DNA of 64,000 bases, taken from assembly GCA_000091205.1 (NCBI GenBank), contig AP006491.2. One strand, written 5' to 3'. Positions 1 through 11,151 of the stretch are shown here, one piece after another. Origin of the DNA: Cyanidioschyzon merolae (Eukaryota). Both the position numbers and the translations under genes were made by a program. The notes beneath the pieces were generated by a model, which worked only from the letters and a program-made list of their open reading frames with translations, had not been told where the DNA came from and ran no database searches. How positions within the stretch are numbered: the stretch's first letter is position 1; every line of letters begins with the position of its first letter.

Positions 1-587
1 CATCGACGGACCGCTGGGCGTGCATCCCCAGGAACCGGACGGGCGCATGCGAGCCAACGTGGACATCAGCCCGCGAGATAGATCGCGTGCGTCGACGAGC
101 GGAATAAAGCCTGCAAGTACACCAGCACACTTGTTCATGAAGAAGCGTATACGTGCGTATACGCGTGAGCGACGGCCTGTTGACGCGCACTGGTGCACAC
201 CCGTGGGCCCCATACTCGCTGACACGAGCGTACAGCGATACACCTCTGGTGTGTGTGTTTGTATGTGTGGCACTGGGTACACGTCTCTGTTGGCCTCGAC
301 GTCTCCTAGTGTCCGTTCCCGCACGTACAAGCACGATCGCAGCGTTTCGACTCGTGCACACACATATCGCTAGCACGACATGCTTGCCTAGAACACAGTT
401 CATAGCTGCCCATTCCCTGATCGTTGGCGTATGTTTGCAAAGCGGCGCATCGCATGACATTGCATCATAACGCACAGGGCGTTGCGCGATGATAATGACA
501 CGTCTCCGACCGAGACAACCCGGTACGCTGTACTGCGTCGCGCCTGCAAAGCGATGAATACTGAATCCTGAGTCATGAGTCATGAAC

Positions 588-750
588 GATGCGACGCCAC
601 CATCAGCGATCGATCGATTGATTTGACATAGTGTGGCGCTGCGTGCGCGCGATGCGACGCCATCATCACCGATCGATCGATTGATTTGACGTAGTGTGGC
701 GCTGCGTGCGCGCGATGCGACGCCATCATCAGCGATCGATCGATTGATCT
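588..750. repeat. 63-bp tandem repeat, about 2.6 copies (unit gatgcgacgccatcatcagcgatcgatcgattgatttgacrtagtgtggcgctgcgtgcgcgc)
   Basis: The same 63-nt unit starts at 588, 651 and 714. The motif gatcgatcgattg recurs at 608, 671 and 734, giving period 63. Few substitutions between units. Confidence 0.9.
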
Positions 751-1379
751 TTGATACTGAGCGCTGTCCTGCAGGTGCACACCGGCGCTGGTGATAGCCT
801 TCTACTTGTGGTCGGTGTAGGTCTTCTTGTCGCCCGTTCGGAACAGTGTTGAAACTCATAAAAGGTGCACTGTGTTGGTGAGGCAAGTTACTGGGCAGCG
901 CGACTCGGAAAGGTCCTTTGCGATGTGCCGTCTGCAGCTGCGGGGTGCCGGCTGACGAGAAGCGCTGCGCTCGCAGGATCGAGGCTGGCTACCTGGCCTT
1001 GTTTGCTGTTGACAGCTAGCCCTGCGGAACAGGCCTCTCGCGAGCGTGTGGGCGAGAGCTGTACCGGTGGTCGCGATACCGCGCTTGACAGTTCGAGGGC
1101 GCGTCTTGAGCGTGAGCGAGTGATCGAGTCAACGGGTCAATCAGGGTACACACCGCTATTGTCTGCTGCGCGGGACGCCTATTGAGTTGCAGGGGTAACC
1201 CGGAGTCGAACGGCATCAGACAGTCGTCAACCTTTCCCCAGCAGCAGCGGGCGTGCGAGCAGCACCGTGTCCCGGCACTCTGTCGGATTCCTCGCTCGGG
1301 AGGCGTTCGAATCGCACGCACCGCGCTTTGCCCCTGAGCGGCGTTTCCGCGCACATCCACAGACGCAGCGTGAAGCGCA

Positions 1380-2369
1380 ATGGACGAACGCGACGTTCTT
1401 TGGGTAGGCGTCTGCGCAATGCCGAAGAAAGTCGAGTCTGAGCCGATGCAGCGAATCCTCGCTGCGCTCACCTCGAGCCGCGTTGCGCACTTCGAGCCGA
1501 TGATCTTCGATGCGAAGACGCTGTTTGAGCGGCCGATCCACAAGTGGCCTGTGTGCGATGCGTTAATTGCGTTCCACTCGGAGGGCTTCCCGCTGGAGCG
1601 TGCCATAGCGTACGCGGAACTACGGCGCCCGTACTGCTTGAACGGCCTGCGCGAGCAGCGGATGCTGCTGGACCGGTCCAAGGTGTACGAGGTGCTGGCA
1701 CGTGAGCGAGTGCCAGTCCCGCGGCACATTGTTGTGCGCCACGACGGAGCCGATGTTGGCCGGACGGATACGCGATTTGTCGAGCACGACGACTACATTG
1801 AGTACTGCGGAGAGCGGCTGTTCAAGCCGTTTGTGGAGAAGCCGATTGACGCGGAGGACCACCGGGTATGCATCTACTACGCACGGCCCTTGTACGGGCG
1901 CCGGCGGCTATTTCGGAAGACGGCGAATCAGAGCTCTGTGTTTGAGCCCGGGTGGCGCCGTGTCCGTCGCGAGGGCGCCTTCATATACGAGGAGTTTATC
2001 CCGAGCGAGCACCAGAGCGACATCAAGGTTTACGCTGTTGGGCCGGAGTACGCGTACGCGGAGCGGCGAAAGTCACCCGTGGTGGACGGTATCGTTGAGC
2101 GGAACGCGCACGGCAAGGAGCTGCGATTCCCTGTTGAACTGAGCACCGCGGAGCGCTGCGTGGCGGCGACGATCACGGCGGCTTTCCGGCAGTTTGTGTG
2201 CGGCTTTGATCTCATTCGGCACGCCGACGGCAATGCTTTCTATGTGAACGACGTGAATGGCTTCAGCTTTGTGAAGGGATCCCAGTCCTACTATGAGTCT
2301 TGCGGGCGTATACTGGCGGAGCATCTAGCCCGCGAGTGTGCGCGAAGCGCTGCGGTGGATGGCGAGTGA
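1380..2369 (+). CDS. PPIP5K/Vip1-family diphosphoinositol-pentakisphosphate kinase, ATP-grasp kinase domain only; ORF stops right after the kinase domain
   Basis: 329-aa ORF. VGVCAMPKK, WPVCDALIAFHSEGFPLERAIAYAELRRP, FVEKPIDAEDHRVCIYY, RLFRK, KVYAVGPEYAYAERRKSPVVDG and NGFSFVKGSQSYYESCGRIL align nearly residue-for-residue with PPIP5K kinase domains as recalled. No RHGDRTP histidine acid phosphatase motif in any frame downstream. Confidence 0.8.
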   Translation: MDERDVLWVGVCAMPKKVESEPMQRILAALTSSRVAHFEPMIFDAKTLFERPIHKWPVCDALIAFHSEGFPLERAIAYAELRRPYCLNGLREQRMLLDRSKVYEVLARERVPVPRHIVVRHDGADVGRTDTRFVEHDDYIEYCGERLFKPFVEKPIDAEDHRVCIYYARPLYGRRRLFRKTANQSSVFEPGWRRVRREGAFIYEEFIPSEHQSDIKVYAVGPEYAYAERRKSPVVDGIVERNAHGKELRFPVELSTAERCVAATITAAFRQFVCGFDLIRHADGNAFYVNDVNGFSFVKGSQSYYESCGRILAEHLARECARSAAVDGE

Positions 2370-3304
2370 CCTCGCAGTGCCCAGCGCTGCAGCGCATCGG
2401 ACGGGAGCACGCCCTAACGCCGAGTCGGCTCGAAATGCTGCGTGGGATAGACGATTTCGTATAAAGTTCTCCCAAATCTACGGAAGCGACTCTAGCACGG
2501 ATTGAGGCTTCGAAGCGGCGCGACAGCCGCGGGGAAACGATATCCCGAATGTGTGTTGGGGGCCTCATGCGTTCGGCAAGCCCGTTTTTATGGTGAAAAG
2601 GCGATCATGCGAGACAGCATTCCAAAACAGCTTGTCCAGAATTACTCGGTGGACAGCGCACCATGGACCGGGCACCGCTCCATGAGACTCATCTGTCTTC
2701 TACACCGAGCAACGTCTCGAGCTTGGTGATCCATTCGACCGGCAGCATTGATCCTCTGCAATATGCGTGGTGTAAACCCTGGTCACGATCGTAGCTGCAC
2801 TACTTCGAAGCAGCAGCCGCGTGCACGTTTCGCGCCCGTCTGCAAACATCATCGACAAATCGTGATGTCTGCGCTTGATTGCCACCCATGGCTCCGTGCG
2901 AATGTTGCCTGCCTTGACAGCGCATTTCAATCTGAACGCAGCACATGTTGCGTGCTCGAATCAATTGCTGGTTGAGCACAACTTTGATCAGCCTGTGCGC
3001 CACTGTGAAGCGGACCAGCCGCTTAAAGCACTTCCATTGCCAACTGTCCGGAACTGCATCGACTCGCCACACGCTCACTGCAAGGTTCCAGCGCTTGAAC
3101 CGCGGTATGCGGAGCTTTTGCTCGTCCAGCGGCTTGTGTGGCAGCTTCGTGCTGCATCCTGTAGAGGATGATCGCGGTCGGAATGCTCGAGACGACCCTC
3201 GTGCTGAGGCACTGCGAGCATCACCCAGCGTCCGTTGAGGGCGTCCCTGTGCATTTGCATTGGCACACAGCTCAGACTCGCGAATGACTGTCCGTTTCCG
3301 TGTC

Positions 3305-4006
3305 TTAGAAAAGCAGCTTCTTGCTCTCCTTGCCAGCGGGCCGCTTGCCTTGCATCACATTTTTCACAACACCCATTTCAACAGCAGTTTTTGCCCAATC
3401 GACTGCTAAGTTGTCTGGGCCCATGGCGCGTGCACGTGCCTGTTCCTCACTAAGGCAGGTGAGCACTCCGAAAACAATAGGGACAGCGGTGGTCATCTGC
3501 AGCTGCATGATGGCAGCGCTCGCCTTGTCCGCGATAACGTCGAAGTGGGTTGTCTCTCCCTTGATCAGGCAGCCTAAACAAACGACAGCGTCAACGCGCT
3601 GCGTCTCAATCATGAGCCGCGCCCCAAGCGGTAGTTCAAAAGCACCGGGTACTTCCAACTCCACTATATTTTCCGGGGAGACTTTGCACTCCCGAAGCGT
3701 CCTTTTCGCGCCTTCCAGAAGCGAACCTGTGATCTCCTCGTTCCAGCGCGAGCGAACCAGACCGATGCGGAGGTCGGACCCGTCCAGCGTGTCAGAGAAA
3801 GTGACCCTTTTCGTGGCACTCTGAAGGCCTAGGGCATTGTTGTGCCTTATAGACTCGGTACGGTGAGTGGGTCCTGCTTGGAAGCGCTTGCTACACGCGC
3901 ATCGGTTGCTGTACGCGGTCACCCAGTCGAACTGCGACGTTCTTTGCGAGACCCTACTAGCAAGGTGAGCCCGCCGAGTGATAAACGAAGAACTGAACAC
4001 AAACAT
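3305..4006 (-). CDS. ribH: 6,7-dimethyl-8-ribityllumazine synthase (riboflavin synthase beta subunit) with N-terminal organellar presequence
   Basis: C-terminal 150 aa: LRIGLVRSRWNEEIT, ELEVPGAFELPL, VDAVVCLGCLIKGETTHFDVIADKASAAIMQLQMTTAVPIVFGVLT and EQARARAMG match lumazine synthase. Start placed at internal ATG (MFVFSSSFITRRAHLASR, Phe-rich transit-peptide-like); the ORF in the track extends to 4174. Confidence 0.85.
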   Translation of the reverse strand: MFVFSSSFITRRAHLASRVSQRTSQFDWVTAYSNRCACSKRFQAGPTHRTESIRHNNALGLQSATKRVTFSDTLDGSDLRIGLVRSRWNEEITGSLLEGAKRTLRECKVSPENIVELEVPGAFELPLGARLMIETQRVDAVVCLGCLIKGETTHFDVIADKASAAIMQLQMTTAVPIVFGVLTCLSEEQARARAMGPDNLAVDWAKTAVEMGVVKNVMQGKRPAGKESKKLLF

Positions 4007-5115
4007 TATCCAAGCTCGCCTCTTAACAGTTTCTGCGTAACTAGGGACGCTCTTTTCGGACCACCTCGCTTGTGGACGAGTGCGAGAGCGTTCGGCAGAC
4101 GTCCTCACTGGCGCCGGTGTCGGTCGCTCAGGTGCCAGCTGCGCTGAGCGCCCGATCCAATCAAGCAGGCGCACGGCACAGAAGAAAGGTGACGTTCAGC
4201 AATGCGTCGGCGATTCCAGCACCTCCTCAAACGTGAAAGCGAAGCGCTTGCGCACATAAAAGCATCGATGATGTGTTCCACGTATGCGATAGATGGGCCT
4301 TACGCATACCAAGCGGCGTCAAAGCAAGGATCGTTCGCGTTTACGACTAAACACAGTGGTAAAGTGTCGTAGCCATGAGGCGCAGCTGTCGCCTCCGTGC
4401 GCATTCGTTCCCGCAACGCAACGATGGCGACAGCACACCTACGATAGCAATGCAGGTCTCCATTATCACAGCGCATGGGCTTGTGCAAACTTCACGCCTG
4501 CCCCATGCCGACCTCAGATAGCGCCTGTCTCCTAAGCAGAGCGCTCCACCGAAGCAGCGCACGCTGAACAACACAACAAAGTAGCAGCAACCAGTTCGCG
4601 CCTCAGATACAGTGCCTACCCTACTTTGGCGATATCAACGCAAACGAAGATGCCTGCGCGCGCAAATGCACGGACACACGCACACGGATGCGCCGCAACG
4701 TGTGCCCTCACGCGTGCGCATTGCCGTGCAGCGATGGTGCGTGTCCGATGAGCGCGTGAACGCCGCACGATCCGCGATTCGAATCTACCGGAATGACGTG
4801 CACGCAGCGGTACGCACGCGTGCCGGCTCGATGCGCCTTATTTCTTGGTGATTCGCGAGCGCCCTCGTTCGAGCAGTCGGCACGATGCTCGCCCAGCTGC
4901 ACGCCGATCACTCAAACGAACAGTCAGTGGGGGTTCTGCGCGCGCGCTGCGGCTGCGGCCCCCGAGTGCCATCTCCGAGGCGCAAAGCGCGGCGATCGCT
5001 GCATGCCCGTCCGAGCACCGTGCCGTGTCACGCACATGCGGCGACTGCTGCGCCAACGACATTCAAGAAGCGACTGGAGCAACTGTTCCAGCAGCAGCAG
5101 TAGTTGCAATGCCTA

Positions 5116-5871
5116 TCACTTGTTGCACGCAAAGGTCATATCCGCCTCGACGGCAAGTTCGCCATCGACGTAGCCTCGCCCGCGGCACTTGGCGATGCCA
5201 AAGCGCTTGCGTAGCGCCATCACCTGGCACTCCATCACGAGCACGTCACCCGGACGCACCGGCCGCCGCCAGCGCAGGTTCTCCACCGAGGCAAACAGAA
5301 ACAGCCTCCCAGGCTCGCTGTCTGGACCGCTCAACAGCATAAGGCCGCAGCACTGCGCGAGCGCCTCGAGCTGCAGCACACCAGGCATAATCTTGGCAGA
5401 CGGGAAGTGGCCCTCGAAGAACTGCTCGTTGTACGTGACGTTCTTCACCGCCACGATCCGCTGCTCGGCCGCACACTCCAAAACCTTGTCCACCAGTAGA
5501 AACGGGTAGCGGTGCGGGAGCACGCGCTCAATGGCCTCGGCGTCCAGCACCGCTGCAGGCAGCGCAGAGCGCCGCGACAGCTCCGCTGCGTCCGTGGGCG
5601 TCGACGGCGCCGGCACTGCACTCGTCGCGCTGGGCGCTCCGCCGTTCGCAGCCACCTGCTCGGCGCTGGCGCGTGGCCCGCACCACCGCCGCTGGCGCGG
5701 CTGTGCGCGTACACCGCAGTCAGCCTGGGCAGCGCTCGTCCTCTGGTACGGTCGCAGTAGCAGCACCAGCGGCGGCTGCAGCCTCGCAGTGGCGCCGAGG
5801 CAGACCTCTCGGCAGTTGCGCCTACGAGCGAGCAAGACGCTGTCTGCTCGTCCAGTTGAACAGAGAAACAT
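5116..5871 (-). CDS. fabZ: 3-hydroxyacyl-ACP dehydratase FabZ (type II FAS, organellar) with about 110-aa presequence
   Basis: ERVLPHRYPFLLVDKVLE, VAVKNVTYNEQFFEGHFPSAKIMPGVLQLEALAQ and RPVRPGDVLVMECQV form a hotdog-fold FabZ signature. N-terminus MFLCSTGRADSVLLARRR is transit-peptide-like. Confidence 0.85.
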   Translation of the reverse strand: MFLCSTGRADSVLLARRRNCREVCLGATARLQPPLVLLLRPYQRTSAAQADCGVRAQPRQRRWCGPRASAEQVAANGGAPSATSAVPAPSTPTDAAELSRRSALPAAVLDAEAIERVLPHRYPFLLVDKVLECAAEQRIVAVKNVTYNEQFFEGHFPSAKIMPGVLQLEALAQCCGLMLLSGPDSEPGRLFLFASVENLRWRRPVRPGDVLVMECQVMALRKRFGIAKCRGRGYVDGELAVEADMTFACNK

Positions 5872-6023
5872 GTACGAGGCCTATGTTGGAGCAACACACT
5901 GTATAATCGAGGGTGTTGCGCACAAGCCTAGCGGTGCTCAAATACTGAATACGTGTGCATACCCAAAATCGCAGGCGATAAGTGTCGGTCGATGCGCGTC
6001 ACGCAATACGCGCCATGCGATCT

Positions 6024-6168
6024 GCGCAGTGCGATGTGCGTAGGTCGATACGCATAGTGCGATGTGCGCAGTGCAATGCGTGTAGGTCGATACGCGCAGT
6101 GCGATGCGTGTAGTGCGATGCGTGTAGGTCGATACGCGCAGTGCGATGCGTGTAGTGCGATGCGCTCA
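6024..6168. repeat. Degenerate compound tandem repeat built from cagtgcgatgcgtgt and aggtcgatacgcg motifs
   Basis: The motifs gtgcgatg(c/t)gcgtaggtcgatacgc recur at least 5 times by eye. The 325-aa ORF in the track overlapping it (5999..6976, minus) translates to an Arg/His/Cys-rich low-complexity product. Confidence 0.7.
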
Positions 6169-7098
6169 TGCAGCCTCGACAGCAGAGGCGCTGAACACTG
6201 TCAGCGGCGCTGATACTAGCCTTCGCAATCAACTGCATACCAATGCTGGTCATCAGGAACGATGCGCTGGCTGCTCGCAGCGTCAAGTGCTCCTGGCCGG
6301 CACCGAGCTGCTGGCGAGCATCCGTGCGCGCGCGCAGTCGACCGCCGCGACGCCACCGAGGCCTGCCAATGTCCAAGTTCCAGACGCGCCGCTCAGGAGA
6401 ACGCGGCCTCCAGCAACGTCCGAACCTCCCCTGGGGGCACAGATACGGGACCCCGCGGCACACGCGCCTCGCCGGAAGGCAGGTCCATGCGAGCGCCCAC
6501 CGCGCCACCTCTGGTGACGGATACCGCTCCAGGAACAGGAAGCGATGGGGTTGCGGCACGCGTAGCAGCGCAGCGGATCCATTTTTAGGCTCGTGCTTGT
6601 GAATGCGCTCCCGAGACGCCGACGAGTGCCTCTGAACTGCATGCAGTCGATGTGCTTGCGCGCTGCCAACCTGCTCCCGAGTCGACAGCAACGCCAATCC
6701 TCTGGCTGGAAAGCAGCGCACTCGGGGCGAGGTATTCCAGCGGCAGAAGCGTGTGCCTGCATAGCGCCGTTGCTGCAGGCGCGACACCGCTGCGCCGAAT
6801 CGCCCACTGTGCTGATGCCGGTCCCGCTGCAGTCCTGCGCTTCGAAAAATGCGCCCAGCCTCATCTTTGATGCCGTTCCTCATGAGCGAGTGCGACCAGA
6901 GATAGCACTGCACGTCACCGCAAGAAACATCACTGCATTGGCCTGCTGCACGAAAATCAGCCAAAATCGCGCACAATCCGCGTCGCTACACCATTTGCGG
7001 ACTCCACGCGTGCCTTGGGTTCTGGAAATGTGCATGCTACGCGCCGAGGCATCCAGGTCAGCGCTGGCAAAGGCCTGCGAACCAACCGACAGCCGGTG

Positions 7099-8940
7099 CT
7101 ACAAACGTGGGCGCAGGTCGCTCATGGGCATGCGCTCGCGTTCGTGACGCTTCTCATTCGGTGTCGCGCGCTGCTCGTCATCGCGCACACGTTCTCGCGT
7201 AACCGATGGAGGCGTGGATCGCAGCTCGCCATCACCGTAGTCGACAGCGAACAGCTCCCGCTCCACGAGTGTCGCTCGCCAGGGCATGGGCGCTATGGAC
7301 CACAGGCCAAGCACGCTGCGATCGGCGCGGAGGCCTCGCCCCTGAAGCTCCTCGTGCCGCACAGGCGTCGTGTAACGACCGATCGTAACCAGGAGACCAC
7401 TCCCGTCGGAGAGGCCGTAAACGCCCTGCACCATGGCCTTTCCGTACGTGTGGTCTGGCGCGAAACCCACACTTACGAGCGTAGCTCTGCAATAGTCTCG
7501 AAGAGCGCCCGCAAGGATCTCACTAGCACTCGCAGTTTCATGGTCTATGAGGACGACTAAAGGCAGCTGCTGGGCGACTGCCAGCGCTTGATTCGGTTCC
7601 CGACTCGAGATCGGTATGACGTCGCCATGACTACCTTCAAACAGTGCGACGGGTACGGAACCGCCGAGAAAGAGGCCAGCAAGATCCAGGGCCTCCTCCA
7701 GAGATCCGCCGTGATTCCTCCTCAGGTCCAGCACCAGGCGATCGATCGAATCGACGACGCTGCTCGCATGCGCTACTGATCCGGTCTGGCTAATCCCCAA
7801 AAGATGTGACAAGGCTGCCTCCATCTGAGGCAATGTCGATGCATTGAATTCGTGCACGCGGATGATACCCGTATCCCCGAGACGTTCGTAGTCTACGCTG
7901 TTCTCGAGAGACGATCTCGATGAAATGCGATACTCGCGAACAAGTTCGATCGGTCCGCGACCCCGGATCTGCAGCACGACTTTGCCACCATCAGCTCCCT
8001 GCATAAGCGCCGCGGCTTCAAAGGGTGCAACTCGCCCGCCACGTACATCGACACCGTTGATAGAATCGACGACATCGCCGATCGCGAGGTCGGCCTTGGC
8101 GGCTGGTGTGCCCGCAATCGGAGGGCTCGCAACATACAAGTCACCTTCCGCTACGGGCACTCTTGGGATGACGCCAAGTTCGAGCTGCTCCCGTGAGGCG
8201 CCGGAGTGCGTCGCCCTGCTCACATCGTTATCCGCTGCCCGCAGGAGAAGTCCCAGCCCCGTTGTATCGAAACGCATGAGTTGTGCGAACTTTTCCGGGC
8301 CTAGCATCCGCGTATAACGATCATGCAGCGGCCGAATGAAATACTCCTCGATTCTCTGATGCGCTGTCATGAAATCCGTTGGCGGGAGAGGCTTCAACGC
8401 TGAATCCAGCCAGCTCCGCTGCAAGCGATCACCCTGAATATGGTTCTCCCTAAGAATACCGTATGCTTCGTACACGACGCGCACCGGTGCCGAAACAACT
8501 TTCTCTGGTGGGAGCGCAGAGCTCTCAACAACTCGAGACCAAAACACGAGGGTAACGAAGAGCACACACGCGACGCCTCTCTGGAGATGTCGCCACAGAG
8601 CGAGGTCTGTTCGGCTTTGACTCCAGTTGACTGCGCTGCTCGCGGTCTGCACTGGAGATCGTGCCCCTACGCGACTTTCAGGAGGCGTCCTTCGCTCACA
8701 TAGGCCCAATTGGAAAGCCTTCGCCGTACTTGGGGCGCACTTTTTCCACGAAGCAAACTCCCGTCGCGTAACGCCGCCTAGTGACCGCGGACTCTGGCAA
8801 GGTTTGCTGTGCACGAACCAGCGCGTACTTGTCTTCGTTAGACGAGTGCGCGTGTTGTCTCTCTGCGAACGCAGTCTGACCTTTGTGGTTCCGTCGAGCG
8901 GCCAAACATCGGGAACCGCCGCAAACAGGCCCCCAATCAT
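7099..8940 (-). CDS. ctpA: C-terminal processing peptidase (S41 family; CtpA-like photosystem II D1 processing protease) with bipartite presequence
   Basis: PDZ region GDVVDSINGVDVRG. S41 catalytic region LVVLIDHETASASEILAGALRDY...GKAMVQGVYGLSDGSGLLVTIGRYTTP. N-terminus has a hydrophobic lumen-type signal VACVLFVTLVFWSRVVESSA after a basic presequence. Confidence 0.85.
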   Translation of the reverse strand: MIGGLFAAVPDVWPLDGTTKVRLRSQRDNTRTRLTKTSTRWFVHSKPCQSPRSLGGVTRREFASWKKCAPSTAKAFQLGLCERRTPPESRVGARSPVQTASSAVNWSQSRTDLALWRHLQRGVACVLFVTLVFWSRVVESSALPPEKVVSAPVRVVYEAYGILRENHIQGDRLQRSWLDSALKPLPPTDFMTAHQRIEEYFIRPLHDRYTRMLGPEKFAQLMRFDTTGLGLLLRAADNDVSRATHSGASREQLELGVIPRVPVAEGDLYVASPPIAGTPAAKADLAIGDVVDSINGVDVRGGRVAPFEAAALMQGADGGKVVLQIRGRGPIELVREYRISSRSSLENSVDYERLGDTGIIRVHEFNASTLPQMEAALSHLLGISQTGSVAHASSVVDSIDRLVLDLRRNHGGSLEEALDLAGLFLGGSVPVALFEGSHGDVIPISSREPNQALAVAQQLPLVVLIDHETASASEILAGALRDYCRATLVSVGFAPDHTYGKAMVQGVYGLSDGSGLLVTIGRYTTPVRHEELQGRGLRADRSVLGLWSIAPMPWRATLVERELFAVDYGDGELRSTPPSVTRERVRDDEQRATPNEKRHERERMPMSDLRPRL

Positions 8941-10626
8941 GACCCCAGAGGCTGCGGGACCCTAGCTGCTTCGTGCCCCAGGATGCACGGAGACTCACCC
9001 TGACGATCGAGCGCTGCAGCATCAGGCGCACTGAGCGCGCCTCGGGTCCGTTCCTGCTCCGAGGAACGCTGCGGCCAGATACATCGCTACAGCACACTAG
9101 ATATGTAAAAAACTGTATGTCAGAAGTTCCGCAACTGACTCTTATATTGAGACTCCTGAAGCGTGCGCTCAAGTACCAATGCATCAGAAGCCTCGATGCG
9201 GTTTGTTGCTGGATGAGAGATCCGGCTGAAGAATCGTTGATGGTGAAGGCAATCTCGGGCGCCTGCGCTGTAACAGGACTTGTGCAATTCTTCTTGAGGG
9301 GCAGAAGCGAACGAGCGCCAGCGGAACACGCCACGTGAGTTTCGCTGGACCCTCGGTGCATACCGCTGCGGCCGCTGTTAGGTCAAACTGAATGCGAACC
9401 CGTTGCACCGGCCACGCCCTGAACAGAACCATGGGACGGCACGGTGTTCGCCACTTCTCATTCCGTATGCATCGGACAACGCGCGCGCAGTTGCCAATGA
9501 TATCGATGTCGAGCGCACCTGTCGTGAGCATCCAGGTCCCAGTGCCAGCGTTTCACTCTCGTTTCCGAACCAGCGGAAGGAACCAGAATCGACTCGTCCC
9601 GCTGTTGTCTACGCTGGTGCTTGCTATGTTGGTCAGCTTCGATTGCCACAGCCGGAGGCTGTGCTTGGCTTGACACCGCGCCTCAGCGACAGCGCTGGAT
9701 CACGGATTGCTTCCAGTGCTGTGCTGAATCTTCGATCCAGCGAATCCGCAGCTTGCCGTACGGGCATCCCGTGCATTTGCGCGGGAGCATGGCCTGCACA
9801 CTGCGACCTAAGCTAGGCATTCGCGCAGCCCCGGGGCGCATCACTCGGCATAGAGCGCGTGGCAGCATGAGGCTCTGCGGGATGAAGAGCGCAGTGCGCC
9901 CGCTGTTGCAGTCAGAGATGCAAAAAATTTTCGCAAAACGATAAACGTTTCTCAACCATGGAGGGTAAGGATATCTACCCACGCGCAGACGTCTCCCAGC
10001 CTTTTTTTGGCCGGCCGACTCTTGTTGGCCTCAGTTTCCTTCCAGGCACACCTCGAGCCGGAGAGGCTGCCTCACGTAGTGAGATCGCGTCTGCCCCGCG
10101 CGTCTCGTATTCGGTACCACACATGGTTTGCTATCGATGACGGCGTTGAAGTGTCGGTCGACGAACTCCATGCGTACAGCGACGTTGGTGGAACTCAGCA
10201 TCGGAAGGATACCTAGAACTCGTGTCCTTTTTGTTATTTCAGTCTCGTCTATCTCGTCTATTGTTCTTCTTCGTTACTTGCTTTTCTTTGCCCGACGGTC
10301 GACGAGAACAGCATTTTCCGCTTTTATTTGCCTGGCACTCGGCGATGGCAGGCGCCAGGATCCCCAACGTTAATATCCATACCTTTCCCATAGATTTTTT
10401 TTCATTTTGAAACCATACGCACTGCGAACGCATCTACTGTGAACAGCGAAAGCGCATCGGATGATACGCACCTGGGCGCGGAACAGAACTGAGATGAAAT
10501 GCTTGAGCGAGACCTCCGCGCGCGCGACTCGTAGCTGACGTTTTGAATTCGATTGCCTCGTGGAACGAGATTCGCACGCTGCTCCCTACCATCAACCAGC
10601 ACTCACTACCGAGATAACAGTTAAGA

Positions 10627-11151
10627 ATGCTGCTTTATACCCAACGTGCCCACTTTCTGACGAACAAAGGGTTCCTTTGTGCTAGCACACAGCGCTTGTC
10701 TATGGGGCTGTTGGCGAATAAGAATCGGATTGGTTCAAACAACACCACAAAGACCCAGCTGCACGCACCCGGTCGGGAGAGTCTCCTTCGTAACCTTGGT
10801 TATGTGGCGACCTGGCAGTTTGTTTTGGTCGGGGCAAGTCTCCTGCTTGTGCCGCAACTCTACGCAAAGTGGGCTGGTGGGGCCGCTGCCGGGGAACTCG
10901 GGGCGACGAGGCTCGTCGCAGGAGCGAACTTGACTGCCGCGCTTGTTATGCACAAGCGCACCACTGCGAGCGAGGTTAGCAACGGGTTTGGGGTGCTCGC
11001 GCCTTTCCTCGTCCTGGACGCGTACCAGGTTGTCTCACTTGTTCTCGCACGGGCTACCTTATCTCCGCTGGGATACGTCTTAGGAGGTCTTAAAGTCGCG
11101 GAGGCTGGGGTCGGCATCGCGAACTGGGTTCAGCGTCTCAAGAAAAACTAG
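10627..11151 (+). CDS. Hypothetical Gly/Ala-rich membrane-associated protein, 174 aa
   Basis: ORF in a gene-sized gap preceded by a pyrimidine-rich tract (10221..10300). Hydrophobic stretches WQFVLVGASLLLVP and GFGVLAPFLVL. No family recognised. Confidence 0.25.
   Translation: MLLYTQRAHFLTNKGFLCASTQRLSMGLLANKNRIGSNNTTKTQLHAPGRESLLRNLGYVATWQFVLVGASLLLVPQLYAKWAGGAAAGELGATRLVAGANLTAALVMHKRTTASEVSNGFGVLAPFLVLDAYQVVSLVLARATLSPLGYVLGGLKVAEAGVGIANWVQRLKKN

Noticed and set aside
2369-3305. Searched for the histidine acid phosphatase half of PPIP5K downstream of the kinase domain
   Set aside because: No RHGDRTP or HD catalytic motif in any frame. The region is the convergent gap before ribH.
5999-6976. 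325-aa minus-strand ORF
   Set aside because: It overlaps the degenerate tandem repeat at 6024..6168. The translation is Arg/His/Cys/Trp-rich low complexity typical of an out-of-frame read of GC-rich DNA. No domain recognised.
8696-9361. 221-aa minus-strand ORF overlapping the 5' end of ctpA
   Set aside because: It overlaps the CtpA N-terminus and presumed promoter on the same strand in another frame. No motif. Likely spurious.
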